From assembly GCA_025352825.1 (NCBI GenBank), contig JANXSG010000017.1:755-64754 (forward strand): a stretch of DNA of 64,000 bases, read 5' to 3'. Both the position numbers and the translations under genes were made by a program. Origin of the DNA: Chthonomonadaceae bacterium. Lineage in GTDB: Bacteria; Armatimonadota; Chthonomonadetes; Chthonomonadales; Chthonomonadaceae. Under the pieces are notes generated by a model, which worked only from the letters and a program-made list of their open reading frames with translations, was not told the origin of the DNA and made no database searches. Shown one piece after another: positions 36,338 through 44,957 of this stretch. Position 1 is the stretch's first letter, and every line of letters starts with the position of its first letter.

Positions 36338-38610
36338 GATGTTTATCATGTGGTAAGGAGAATTTACCTGGCGGAGTGCGGTGTATCTATTGCGGTGTGC
36401 ACTATCCCAAACTATCCGAATTCGATCTGGACATCCCTACCTGGAAAAAGTCTGACCCAGAGCAGACATCTGCTCAGTCTACATCAGGTAAAAAGCGTGG
36501 TCTTTGGGCGACACTGGCTCTGATCGCTTTAAAGGGCAAGTCTCTTCTGGCAATGCTGAAATTCAGTAAGGTTTTTCTTACTTTTGGAACCATGCTGGTT
36601 TCTATGGCTGCCTACGGGCGTATTTTTGGCTGGCGGTTTGGCGTAGGCTTTGTAATAATTATTTTCATCCATGAAATGGGCCATGTGACTGTTAACAAAA
36701 TGAAGGGGTTGGAACAGTCAGCGCCTGTTTTTATTCCGTTCATGGGGGCGGTGATCTTCCTTAAGAATTTCCCCGATGATCCTACCATTCAATCTGAGAG
36801 CGGCGCTGGCGGCCCTGTGGCAGGCATGCTGGCAGCGTTAGTCTGTTTGGCGATTGGGCTGATTACCGGCAATCCGTTCTGGATGGCACTTGCGAATATC
36901 GGGTTCGTCATGAACTTGTTCAATCTGATCCCATTTCCTCCACTTGACGGGTCACATATTTCTACCGTCTTTTCACCCAAGCTCTGGAGCGGTATTCTCG
37001 TAACGCTGCTGCTGTGGGTGATAAAGTTCCCATCTCCAATGCTCTGGATGGTGCTGCTAGTATCGTTTCTCTTTAGAATGGGGCGGCATGATGTTGGCCG
37101 CCATCAGTTGGCCACACCGCAAGTTCAGTTTAGGATGGGAGTAGTGTTTATCCTGCTATGCATTATCTTGTCATCGGGAGCCGTGGCAACAAGCAAATTT
37201 TCAATTGGTACTGCGAAATCACCATCAGAATCTTCATCCACATCTACTCAGAATGCTACTTCGAATGGAGTATCACCAACTTCTACTGACGTCGATCAAA
37301 GTGATCCACCCGCGAAAAGTGAGCAAATGCAGCTTGATAGTGCAATTGTAATACTAATCCGAGCAGCATTTATTGTCATTCCAGTGGTAGTGTGGATTGC
37401 GGTTTCACTGTTGTTAGGTATCGGCGTCGGGACGGGGATAAATTCCAAACATTTTGCACTCGCTCTATCCATGTCGTTGTTCCAATTGGTACTTTACTTG
37501 GTTGTGCACTACGGACCGATCCCAAATGCAGTCCGCTGGCAGTTAGTTGGCGCATCTTTTGCTGCAAGCGCTGCCGCGTTTGTATTTTCGGCATATCAGG
37601 CGTTTCATTTAAACCAAGTGCTTCAGCGCCCGACAATATATTGTCTAACGCGCGGTACGCTCTCCTGGGCAGCATTTGGAGCTTTTCTCATTGCATATGC
37701 GTTCGATAGTTTAGCTGTGGCAGCTGTGCTGCTTGTTGTTATTGGCGGATATCTTCTCACACACAAGTGGCTGTACTTCTCTATAATGGGCGATTTCATG
37801 ATCCAATTAGGAAAGCGTGAACAGGCAATTGCATACTATCAAAAAGCAGCTGCCGACGGTCCGACTCGGGAAGATGCGATCATGTTGTGGAATAAAATCG
37901 TTAGTACGCATATTGTTTTGGATCACGGATCGGACACTCTGAAAGCTCTCGAAAACAGAGATGCACTGCTCATCGGCTCGAAGGATTGGGACACGGATAC
38001 ACAAATTGGCACTATTCCAGATCTCATGGTTCGCGCGACGGCGCTGATGCTTATCGACCGTCATCAGGAGTGTCTGGCGATCTGTGAAAGTGTGCTGCAA
38101 GCTCCCATAGAACTGCTTCCGAATGGAAACAGCCGACTGCTGCAGACACACATAAGACTCGCGAAGATTGCAAGATTCCAGGGCTGGATGGATGAGACAG
38201 TTGCGCAGGCGGATCTGTGCCTGGGGGCGATATCGAAGCGCTCAAAGGCTGGGATCGCGGCGCTCCACTGCTTGAAGGCTGCTGCTTTCATCGATCTAAA
38301 CCAGTTAGATGCCGCATTGGTATCTTGCGAGATGGCTGCCACTCAAAATAAAGAAGCCTACTATGCATCCTGGGTAAGCGTGCTTAAAGCGCAGATCGAC
38401 CTGAAGAAAAATATGCCGGGTGAAGCGTCCAGAAAGATTTCACGTGCGATGCATCTTATGCCGGACAATCTGGAGTTTCGATACTGGTATGGCAGAACGC
38501 TACTCTCACATGACAAGAACGAGGAGGGGTTTACTGTTCTGAACGAAATGCGTAATCAATTTCCGCAGGAGCACTGGGGCAAGCTGGCTGAAAAGGCTCT
38601 AGCTGGATAG
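36334..38610 (+). CDS. zinc-ribbon / M50 site-2 metalloprotease / polytopic membrane / TPR fusion protein
   Basis: CLSCG..CIYCG ribbon, HEMGH and NLIPFPPLDG (M50 motifs), many TM segments, and C-terminal TPR-like repeats. Confidence 0.75.
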   Translation: MRCLSCGKENLPGGVRCIYCGVHYPKLSEFDLDIPTWKKSDPEQTSAQSTSGKKRGLWATLALIALKGKSLLAMLKFSKVFLTFGTMLVSMAAYGRIFGWRFGVGFVIIIFIHEMGHVTVNKMKGLEQSAPVFIPFMGAVIFLKNFPDDPTIQSESGAGGPVAGMLAALVCLAIGLITGNPFWMALANIGFVMNLFNLIPFPPLDGSHISTVFSPKLWSGILVTLLLWVIKFPSPMLWMVLLVSFLFRMGRHDVGRHQLATPQVQFRMGVVFILLCIILSSGAVATSKFSIGTAKSPSESSSTSTQNATSNGVSPTSTDVDQSDPPAKSEQMQLDSAIVILIRAAFIVIPVVVWIAVSLLLGIGVGTGINSKHFALALSMSLFQLVLYLVVHYGPIPNAVRWQLVGASFAASAAAFVFSAYQAFHLNQVLQRPTIYCLTRGTLSWAAFGAFLIAYAFDSLAVAAVLLVVIGGYLLTHKWLYFSIMGDFMIQLGKREQAIAYYQKAAADGPTREDAIMLWNKIVSTHIVLDHGSDTLKALENRDALLIGSKDWDTDTQIGTIPDLMVRATALMLIDRHQECLAICESVLQAPIELLPNGNSRLLQTHIRLAKIARFQGWMDETVAQADLCLGAISKRSKAGIAALHCLKAAAFIDLNQLDAALVSCEMAATQNKEAYYASWVSVLKAQIDLKKNMPGEASRKISRAMHLMPDNLEFRYWYGRTLLSHDKNEEGFTVLNEMRNQFPQEHWGKLAEKALAG

Positions 38611-39903
38611 CTGTTTGAGAGTTTCCCAATAGGTGGGAAAAGTTTTTGCGACACATCCGGGGTCATTGATTGTGATGCCAGGAACTTTCAGCCCGACCAG
38701 TGCGAAACTCATCGCTACTCGGTGGTCGTGATAGGTCTGAATTGTCGCGGATCGAATATTACTACATGGCTCGATACTAAATCCATCCTGCCGCTCCTCA
38801 ACAGATACACCCAGACGTTTCAGCTCCGTGCAAACCGCCGAGATTCGATCACACTCCTGCAGCCGAGTATGGGCGATGTTTCTTACATTCGTCGGAGAAT
38901 TTGCGAAAGGTGCAATCGCGGCTAGAGTGAGGCTAGTATCCGAGATTGCACTCATGTCTTTATCGACGCCTCGCAGTTTTCCTAGAGGTGGACCTGTTAC
39001 GGTAATACCTTCGATACCGTCTTCCACTTGACAGCCCATTTCAGCCAAAATCTCAGTCGCGAATAGAATATCGCCTTGAAGCGCACTTCGTGATAGACCT
39101 GCCACAGTAACTGAACCACCTGTAATAGCCGCCGCAGCAAAGAAATAGGAAGCACTGGAGGCGTCCGGCTCGATTCGGTAACAGTTTTGTGCTTGATATT
39201 TCTGCATTGGTTCAACTCGGAATAATTGACTATTTTCGTTCTCAGATTGGACTCCCCATTGCCTCATCATAGAACGTGTGATCTCTACATAGAGCGGCCT
39301 CAAAGTCCCGTCAATTTCAATCTCAATACCGTTTTCAATATAGGGCGCGATCATAAGAAGAGCCGTGAGAAATTGACTGCTGGCGTCTGCCCTCAGCTGA
39401 ACTTTACCACCAGCTAGAGATCCAACTCCATTGACTCTAATTGGCGGGCATCCATTTTTCATTTCGGATTGTGCATTTCCGCCGAGCTTGTTGAGCGCCG
39501 TGAGCAGGTCGTTCTGGGGTCTCTGGCGCATGCGCTCTACGCCATCCAGACGGAAACTGCCATCTCCTAGACATACTAATGCTGTGAGGAATCTGATCGA
39601 GGTTCCCGAGTTTGCAAGAAATAGATTGCCTCCGTTAGCAGGAATTCTACCTCCCAACCCTATTACTGTAATAGTAAAATCTTCTCGAACCACTTCGATT
39701 CCCAGGCGCTGAAGAGAGTCGATCATCACTTCTGTATCTTCTGCATCCAATGCGCCGGAAAGCTGTGAAGTACCGTCCGCCAATGCCGCCAGAATGAGGG
39801 ATCTGTTTGTGATACTTTTGGAGCCAGGTACTGTGATAGTAGTATCAGGAGAGTGGGAGAGGGGTTCTATTTTTAGGGATTCGGGAAATGTGTACTGGCG
39901 CAT
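38599..39903 (-). CDS. aroA: 3-phosphoshikimate 1-carboxyvinyltransferase (EPSP synthase)
   Basis: LFLANSGTSIRFL motif. The start was set at the ATG at 39903 (MRQYTFPE); the longer track ORF starts at 39957. Confidence 0.9.
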   Translation of the reverse strand: MRQYTFPESLKIEPLSHSPDTTITVPGSKSITNRSLILAALADGTSQLSGALDAEDTEVMIDSLQRLGIEVVREDFTITVIGLGGRIPANGGNLFLANSGTSIRFLTALVCLGDGSFRLDGVERMRQRPQNDLLTALNKLGGNAQSEMKNGCPPIRVNGVGSLAGGKVQLRADASSQFLTALLMIAPYIENGIEIEIDGTLRPLYVEITRSMMRQWGVQSENENSQLFRVEPMQKYQAQNCYRIEPDASSASYFFAAAAITGGSVTVAGLSRSALQGDILFATEILAEMGCQVEDGIEGITVTGPPLGKLRGVDKDMSAISDTSLTLAAIAPFANSPTNVRNIAHTRLQECDRISAVCTELKRLGVSVEERQDGFSIEPCSNIRSATIQTYHDHRVAMSFALVGLKVPGITINDPGCVAKTFPTYWETLKQLSS

Positions 39904-39960
39904 GTCACTCACGCTCCATAGGCAGTTTGATAGAGTATACCTTGATGTTAATATCACCCT

Positions 39961-39994
39961 TTCCTGAAATTGGAGAAATCTCCAATTTCAGGAA
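39961..39994. repeat. 16-bp perfect palindrome between nadA and aroA
   Basis: TTCCTGAAATTGGAGA (39961-76), AA, TCTCCAATTTCAGGAA (39979-94). No flanking T-tract on either strand. Confidence 0.8.
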
Positions 39995-40013
39995 GGAATG
40001 ATTGTAGGGCATT

Positions 40014-41105
40014 TCACTTCATCAAGAGCATTCTATCCAGTGCGAGTCTAGCATCTGCTGCGATATCAATTGGTACGCTTACCTGGTTTACTATTTCGCC
40101 TCCAACAAGCGACTCGAGCACCCAGAGAAGATAGTGAGGATGTACTCGGTACATGGTCGAGCATGGGCACACTACAGGATCGAGACAGAAGATAGTTTTG
40201 TCCGGATGCTCATGTGCTAATCTATTTACAAGATTTACTTCGGTGCCGACCGCCCATACGCTTCCAGGAGATGCCTTTGAAATTGCGCGAATGATATACT
40301 CTGTCGAACCGTTTTGATCAGATGCCTCTACAACATCTAGTGGACATTCGGGATGCACAATCACGTTGACGCCAGGATAGTTCGCTCTGGCCTGAGCAAT
40401 CTGATCCGTGGTGAAACGTCCATGCACCGAACAGTGCCCTTTCCATAGGAGCACACGTTTTGCACGAATTTCCTCTGGGGATACAGAGCCGAACCGTTTA
40501 TGTGGATCCCACAGGAGCATATCCTTTTCAGGATGAAGCCCGAGTTCTACTGCCGTATTTCGCCCAAGATGCTGATCCGGGAAGAAAAGAAGCTTGTCAC
40601 CACGCTCCAAAGCCCACTGAACCACACGTTTTGCATTCGAGGAGGTACAGCAAGCGCCTTCATGCCTGCCAACGAATGCCTTCAGCGCAGCCGTTGAGTT
40701 CACATAGGTGATAGGGATGACCTTACTCATATCCGTAGCTGTAGAAAGAGTAGCCCAGCAGTCTTCCACCTGAGCGATGTTTGCCATATCTGCCATGGAG
40801 CAGCCGGCACTCATGTTGGGAAGAATAACCACTTGGTCTGAAGTAGTCAGAATATCCGCCGACTCGGCCATGAAGTGCACACCACAGAAGACGATATACT
40901 TTGCCTCGGGGTGTGCTGCTGCTAAATGCGAAAGCCTGAGGCTGTCGCCTCGATAATCTGCCCATTTGATAATTTCATCACGTTGGTAGTGATGCCCAAG
41001 AATGATGAGATCCTCACGGAGTGTATGGCGGGCGTCTTTGATTCGATCATCAGTATCTTCCGGATTTAGCCGGGAAATTTCAATCGGGAGAGGTTTTTGC
41101 AGCAT
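40014..41105 (-). CDS. nadA: quinolinate synthase A
   Basis: 363 aa with typical NadA blocks (ILGHHYQ, FCGVHFMAESA, PNMSAGCSMAD, VHPECP). Confidence 0.9.
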   Translation of the reverse strand: MLQKPLPIEISRLNPEDTDDRIKDARHTLREDLIILGHHYQRDEIIKWADYRGDSLRLSHLAAAHPEAKYIVFCGVHFMAESADILTTSDQVVILPNMSAGCSMADMANIAQVEDCWATLSTATDMSKVIPITYVNSTAALKAFVGRHEGACCTSSNAKRVVQWALERGDKLLFFPDQHLGRNTAVELGLHPEKDMLLWDPHKRFGSVSPEEIRAKRVLLWKGHCSVHGRFTTDQIAQARANYPGVNVIVHPECPLDVVEASDQNGSTEYIIRAISKASPGSVWAVGTEVNLVNRLAHEHPDKTIFCLDPVVCPCSTMYRVHPHYLLWVLESLVGGEIVNQVSVPIDIAADARLALDRMLLMK

Positions 41106-41190
41106 CTGTTTTGCTCCTATCGGCGAGCAGTCCGAGCGATGAAATCCGTAGATTCACTACCAGGACGGGGATGTTGACATCGCCGAATGC
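41106..41190 (-). promoter_or_regulatory. candidate NAD+-I (nadA-motif) riboswitch, single domain plus SD-sequestering hairpin
   Basis: The minus-strand RNA has a GGCGAUG/CAUCGCU helix (41178-84 / 41135-41). It encloses the bulge UCAACAUCCCC (ACANCCCC match at 41167-74) and an inner hairpin. UGCUC..GAGCA overlaps the AGGAG SD (41114-18). Confidence 0.5.
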
Positions 41191-41203
41191 GGGAATTACA
41201 CTT

Positions 41204-41578
41204 TTAAATCTCTATTCGTAAGCGTTGCAGTTCAACTCCCACCGAAGCCAGAATAGCATTCATTGGCGGGTAGGTTTTTTGCAGTCTAAGTTCAATCTCG
41301 TCTATCGAAGGAAACTCCAAAAATAAGGCATCGGTGATACGCTTAGCCAGCGCTTCCAGCAGTCGGTACTGCTCTGTTGTTGCCACCGCAATAACACACT
41401 TAGCTACTTTAGAGTAGTTTACAGTGTCGCAAAGCTGATCAGAAATGGAGGCCTTTCCAATGTCTACGCCAAGTCTAATATCCACCAAATATCTATGCCC
41501 CACAGATTGTTCCTGATCGGATGCGCCGTGATAGCCATAAAATTCCAGGCCATTTATAAGTATACTATCTTTAGACAT
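41204..41578 (-). CDS. folB: dihydroneopterin aldolase
   Basis: 124 aa with FYGYHGASDQEQSVGHRY (FolB/tunnel-fold motif). Confidence 0.85.
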   Translation of the reverse strand: MSKDSILINGLEFYGYHGASDQEQSVGHRYLVDIRLGVDIGKASISDQLCDTVNYSKVAKCVIAVATTEQYRLLEALAKRITDALFLEFPSIDEIELRLQKTYPPMNAILASVGVELQRLRIEI

Positions 41579-41661
41579 GCTTTCATTGTACCAGAATACA
41601 CTGCCTCAGCGCGGTGGAATTTTTGCCGGCCTCATTAACCTGGCGAATCCACTACCAATAG

Positions 41662-41690
41662 TTGACATTTGTGTTAAAAAGCCGGATAAT
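41662..41690 (+). promoter_or_regulatory. candidate sigma70-type promoter of the steA-like operon
   Basis: TTGACA (41662-67), 17-nt spacer, GATAAT (41685-90). Confidence 0.4.
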
Positions 41691-41737
41691 GCTACACACA
41701 GGTATATGTTCAATGATTCTTCGTGTGAAAGTTCAGA

Positions 41738-42874
41738 ATGGCCGAACCGCCTACCCATCGCGTTTTGAAAGATCGACGCACTAAAAACCTGACCAAACGC
41801 CTGCGCCCGGGTGATATCGCACTCATTAATCATGTTGATCTCGATACTATGGCCGCCCGAGCTCTTATCGACTGCAAAGTGAGTGCGGTAGTGAACGCTG
41901 TGCCAAGTATCTCCGGCAGATATCCCAATCGCGGACCGAGTATGCTCTGTGAAGCAGGGATTCCATTGCTGGATTCTGTGGGTGTGAATGCATTTGAGAG
42001 CATTGCAGATGGAAAACAAGGCGTTCTGACAGGAGACTGCCTTCGGTTTTCTGATGGAAGCAGCCTCTCAGGAGAGCTCCTGACTGCAGATCGTGTGGAG
42101 GAACTGCTGGCAGACGCGCGTAGTCATTTAAGCGATGAGCTTGATCAGTTTGTACGAAATACTCTGAACTATCTTAGTAAAGAGAAGGAACTTCTGTTTG
42201 ATCCGGTAGAGGCGCCGAAAATTAGCACCATATGTGCCGACAAGCATGTTCTTATTGTCGTGAGAGGCGAGGGGTATAAGCAAGATCTGGCAATTCTTGG
42301 CGACTACCTTCGTGACGTTCGGCCAATTCTTATGGCAGTGGATGGAGGAGCAGATGCTCTTCTGGAATCGAAATTGAAGCCGCACATTATTGTGGGAGAT
42401 ATGGACAGCGTGAGCGATACTGCACTGCGATGCGGGGCAGAGTTAGTCGTTCATGGATATTCCAAAGGCGACGCCCGGGGCGCACCTGGTTTGGATAGGG
42501 TACACGCTCTCGGACTTAAGGCAACTGTGTTCCACTCGCCAGGTACCAGTGAGGATGTAGCCATGCTGCTTGCTAATGAGCTGGGGGCGAAACTAATCGT
42601 TGCTGTTGGGACACATTTTTCTCTGGAAGATTTTCTAGATAAAGGCCGAAACGGGATGTCCAGTACGTTCCTGACCAGGCTTCGTATAGGTTCTAAACTG
42701 ATGGATGCGAAAGGGATTGCAAGGCTATGGTCTTTTCAGCGTCCCTATTTTAGCGAAATACTAATCGTCTTATTGGCAGCGGCTACACCTATAGCTGCGG
42801 TGCTTTGGCTATCACCTATGGGGCATAACATTCTTGAAATTCTGGGTATGTGGCTCAGGATTCCATCGCATTAA
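41738..42874 (+). CDS. steA: SteA-like protein (thiamine-pyrophosphokinase-fold domain, C-terminal TM)
   Basis: RRTKNLTKRLRPGDIALINHVDLD ... SISGRYPNRGP ... IIVGDMDSVSD (TPK-type GDxDS), plus a C-terminal hydrophobic helix. Confidence 0.75.
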   Translation: MAEPPTHRVLKDRRTKNLTKRLRPGDIALINHVDLDTMAARALIDCKVSAVVNAVPSISGRYPNRGPSMLCEAGIPLLDSVGVNAFESIADGKQGVLTGDCLRFSDGSSLSGELLTADRVEELLADARSHLSDELDQFVRNTLNYLSKEKELLFDPVEAPKISTICADKHVLIVVRGEGYKQDLAILGDYLRDVRPILMAVDGGADALLESKLKPHIIVGDMDSVSDTALRCGAELVVHGYSKGDARGAPGLDRVHALGLKATVFHSPGTSEDVAMLLANELGAKLIVAVGTHFSLEDFLDKGRNGMSSTFLTRLRIGSKLMDAKGIARLWSFQRPYFSEILIVLLAAATPIAAVLWLSPMGHNILEILGMWLRIPSH

Positions 42875-42906
42875 TCGCACTTTTTTATTAGAAATCGAGG
42901 AAATTC

Positions 42907-43326
42907 ATGCTGACAGGGTTTCTGCTGCTATTGTTGAGCGGTGTTTTTTTTCTGTGTGGCGTGTTGCTGCCGCGTATTCATGAGCCTCTGAGTGAACAGT
43001 TGAATCAGTTCAGCCCACAGCTTCAACAGATGGCGGAAGCTGTCATGCCTGCTATGGCGAAGATTAGGCTGCTGCTAAGATGGATGATACCAGGTGGACG
43101 TATAAGCCTTGCGGCATCAGGGCTGCTATTGTTCACGAGCATCTATGCGTTTATCAAACCTCCAGTGCCTGCGCTGCTGAGTGCGTTCACTTATACACTG
43201 TTTATACTGGTCGTAGCTGGGATTATAGGGCTTGTGCTCTTTCTGAAAAAGCTCGCCCCACAGATGGCAGGGATGTCAAATGTAATGGTTCCTCCCGAGA
43301 TTCAAAAATCAAAACGAAAGAGTTAG
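42907..43326 (+). CDS. small integral membrane protein (139 aa)
   Basis: Three hydrophobic helices and tight spacing within the operon. Confidence 0.5.
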   Translation: MLTGFLLLLLSGVFFLCGVLLPRIHEPLSEQLNQFSPQLQQMAEAVMPAMAKIRLLLRWMIPGGRISLAASGLLLFTSIYAFIKPPVPALLSAFTYTLFILVVAGIIGLVLFLKKLAPQMAGMSNVMVPPEIQKSKRKS

Positions 43327-43357
43327 TTAGCGTGGATTGCTGCTATTGGGGGTATTG

Positions 43358-44233
43358 ATGGGTCCAGGTTTTAAATACCATGTGATTACCATTTCGGCTA
43401 TTTTTTTTGCTCTTACCATCGGGCTGGTGCTTGGGAGTCTCTATGTCTCTCCACGTCTTGCTGATAAACAGACGAAAGCAATCGTTGCACTGCAAGCAAA
43501 ATTAAACACGGAGTTCTCATCTCAAAGAACCAGGCTTCAGAAATACGAAAAGTTCATGGCGGAAAAAATTCCCGTTTTGCTTAAGAATAAACTATCCGGC
43601 CAAAATATTGCAGTTGTTCAGGTCGGAGATTACCCGGAGGTTCTCTCGAAAGTACGAGATACGTTACTGCTTGCCAATGCAAAAGTAGTTTCGATTACCA
43701 CTCTTGATCGTTTGCTTGATCGTCCAGACGAAGCTCTCAACTTAACTCTATCCAGCCTACATGATGAAACACCATTAATCCCTGCGGATAAAGAGTCGCT
43801 CATACGCGCGATTTCCAGTTCCTTTGCACATGGCGAAACGGGGGATGACAGTGTGATGACAGCGCTTGATCATGCTGGCTTAATCAATATTGAGCAGGAT
43901 AGCAGCTATAAGAACTCGGTACGTGCGGTCATTATTGTGTGTGGCAGCAGATCAGAAAACTCTACTCGGCCTGTGAATGTCGATCAGCCCTTCATCCTGG
44001 CGCTGCAGAAATTAAAGATCACTGTGATTGCCTGCGAACCAGAGATCACTATCAGTTCAGATATTGCAGCCTATCAGCAGCTCAATTTAGATATTACAAA
44101 AGTTGGCAGCGCCGATACAGACATAGGAAGATGTGATCTGGTTTTCGCGCTGCACGATAGCTATAGTATCCAGCCTGTAAAATCCTCAGGCAGCGATGCC
44201 GCTGACACAAATTCCAATACCTTTAAAAACTAA
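43358..44233 (+). CDS. MctB-family (copper-transporter-family / SteB-position) membrane-anchored protein
   Basis: N-terminus FKYHVITISAIFFALTIGLVLGS is typical of the MctB family. ATG at 43358; alternative TTG at 43337. Confidence 0.65.
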   Translation: MGPGFKYHVITISAIFFALTIGLVLGSLYVSPRLADKQTKAIVALQAKLNTEFSSQRTRLQKYEKFMAEKIPVLLKNKLSGQNIAVVQVGDYPEVLSKVRDTLLLANAKVVSITTLDRLLDRPDEALNLTLSSLHDETPLIPADKESLIRAISSSFAHGETGDDSVMTALDHAGLINIEQDSSYKNSVRAVIIVCGSRSENSTRPVNVDQPFILALQKLKITVIACEPEITISSDIAAYQQLNLDITKVGSADTDIGRCDLVFALHDSYSIQPVKSSGSDAADTNSNTFKN

Positions 44234-44234
44234 C

Positions 44235-44957
44235 ATGATATCAGTCATCATCCCAGCTTACAATGAATCAGATCGCATCGCAGCTACAGTAGTGGCGGTG
44301 CAGAAACTTAAGAACATCAGCCAGGTTATTGTAGTGGATGATGGTTCTAGTGATAATACTGCAGAGTCTGCAGACGCGGCTGGGGCAGATATTGTGCTTC
44401 GTCAGAAGCATAGTGGAAAGGGAGCGGCTATTCAGAACGCATTAATTATCTGCACTGCTGAGATTGTTCTACTTCTGGATGCTGATCTGGGCGATACCGC
44501 TTCGGATGCAGCGAAACTGCTTCCGCCAGTGATAAGTGGAGTTGCAGATATGACTATAGCAACTTTCCCCGTGATTCCGGGTAAAGGGGGTGGTATGGGA
44601 TTGGTGGTACGCCTGGCACGCTGGGGAATTAGAATCCTCACCGGGCAGGTAATGAATGCTCCACTTTCCGGCCAGCGAGCTGCCCGAAGAGATTTATTGA
44701 CGGAAATTGTAGGATTTACATCCGGATGGGGTGCTGAGACAGCTTTTACAGTACTGGCCCTCCGGGCAGGTTATCGAGTGCTCGAAGTTCCAACACAGAT
44801 GTCACACAGGGTGACTGGGCGAAGTACAGCGGACAGACTGCACCGATTTAAGCAGCTTATTGAAGTTGCTCGAACACTTTTCAGGCTTAAGTTTTACAAT
44901 GCTCCCGTAGCGGCTATCTCGTCAGAAGATCGTAACACATCGGAACCAGGTAAGTGA
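44235..44957 (+). CDS. family 2 glycosyltransferase
   Basis: VIIPAYNES, VVDDGSSDNT and LDADL motifs. The ATG lies 2 nt after the upstream stop. Confidence 0.8.
   Translation: MISVIIPAYNESDRIAATVVAVQKLKNISQVIVVDDGSSDNTAESADAAGADIVLRQKHSGKGAAIQNALIICTAEIVLLLDADLGDTASDAAKLLPPVISGVADMTIATFPVIPGKGGGMGLVVRLARWGIRILTGQVMNAPLSGQRAARRDLLTEIVGFTSGWGAETAFTVLALRAGYRVLEVPTQMSHRVTGRSTADRLHRFKQLIEVARTLFRLKFYNAPVAAISSEDRNTSEPGK

Noticed and set aside
38599-38610. 12-nt convergent overlap of the M50 protease and aroA stop regions as a regulatory feature
   Set aside because: It is real in the sequence but a common consequence of compact genomes. There is no associated structure, so it is not worth a separate finding.
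41106-41134. Second ACANCCCC domain of the nadA motif
   Set aside because: It is not present in the remaining leader or in the folB 3' end. Only an SD-sequestering hairpin is seen, so the element is reported as a single-domain candidate only.
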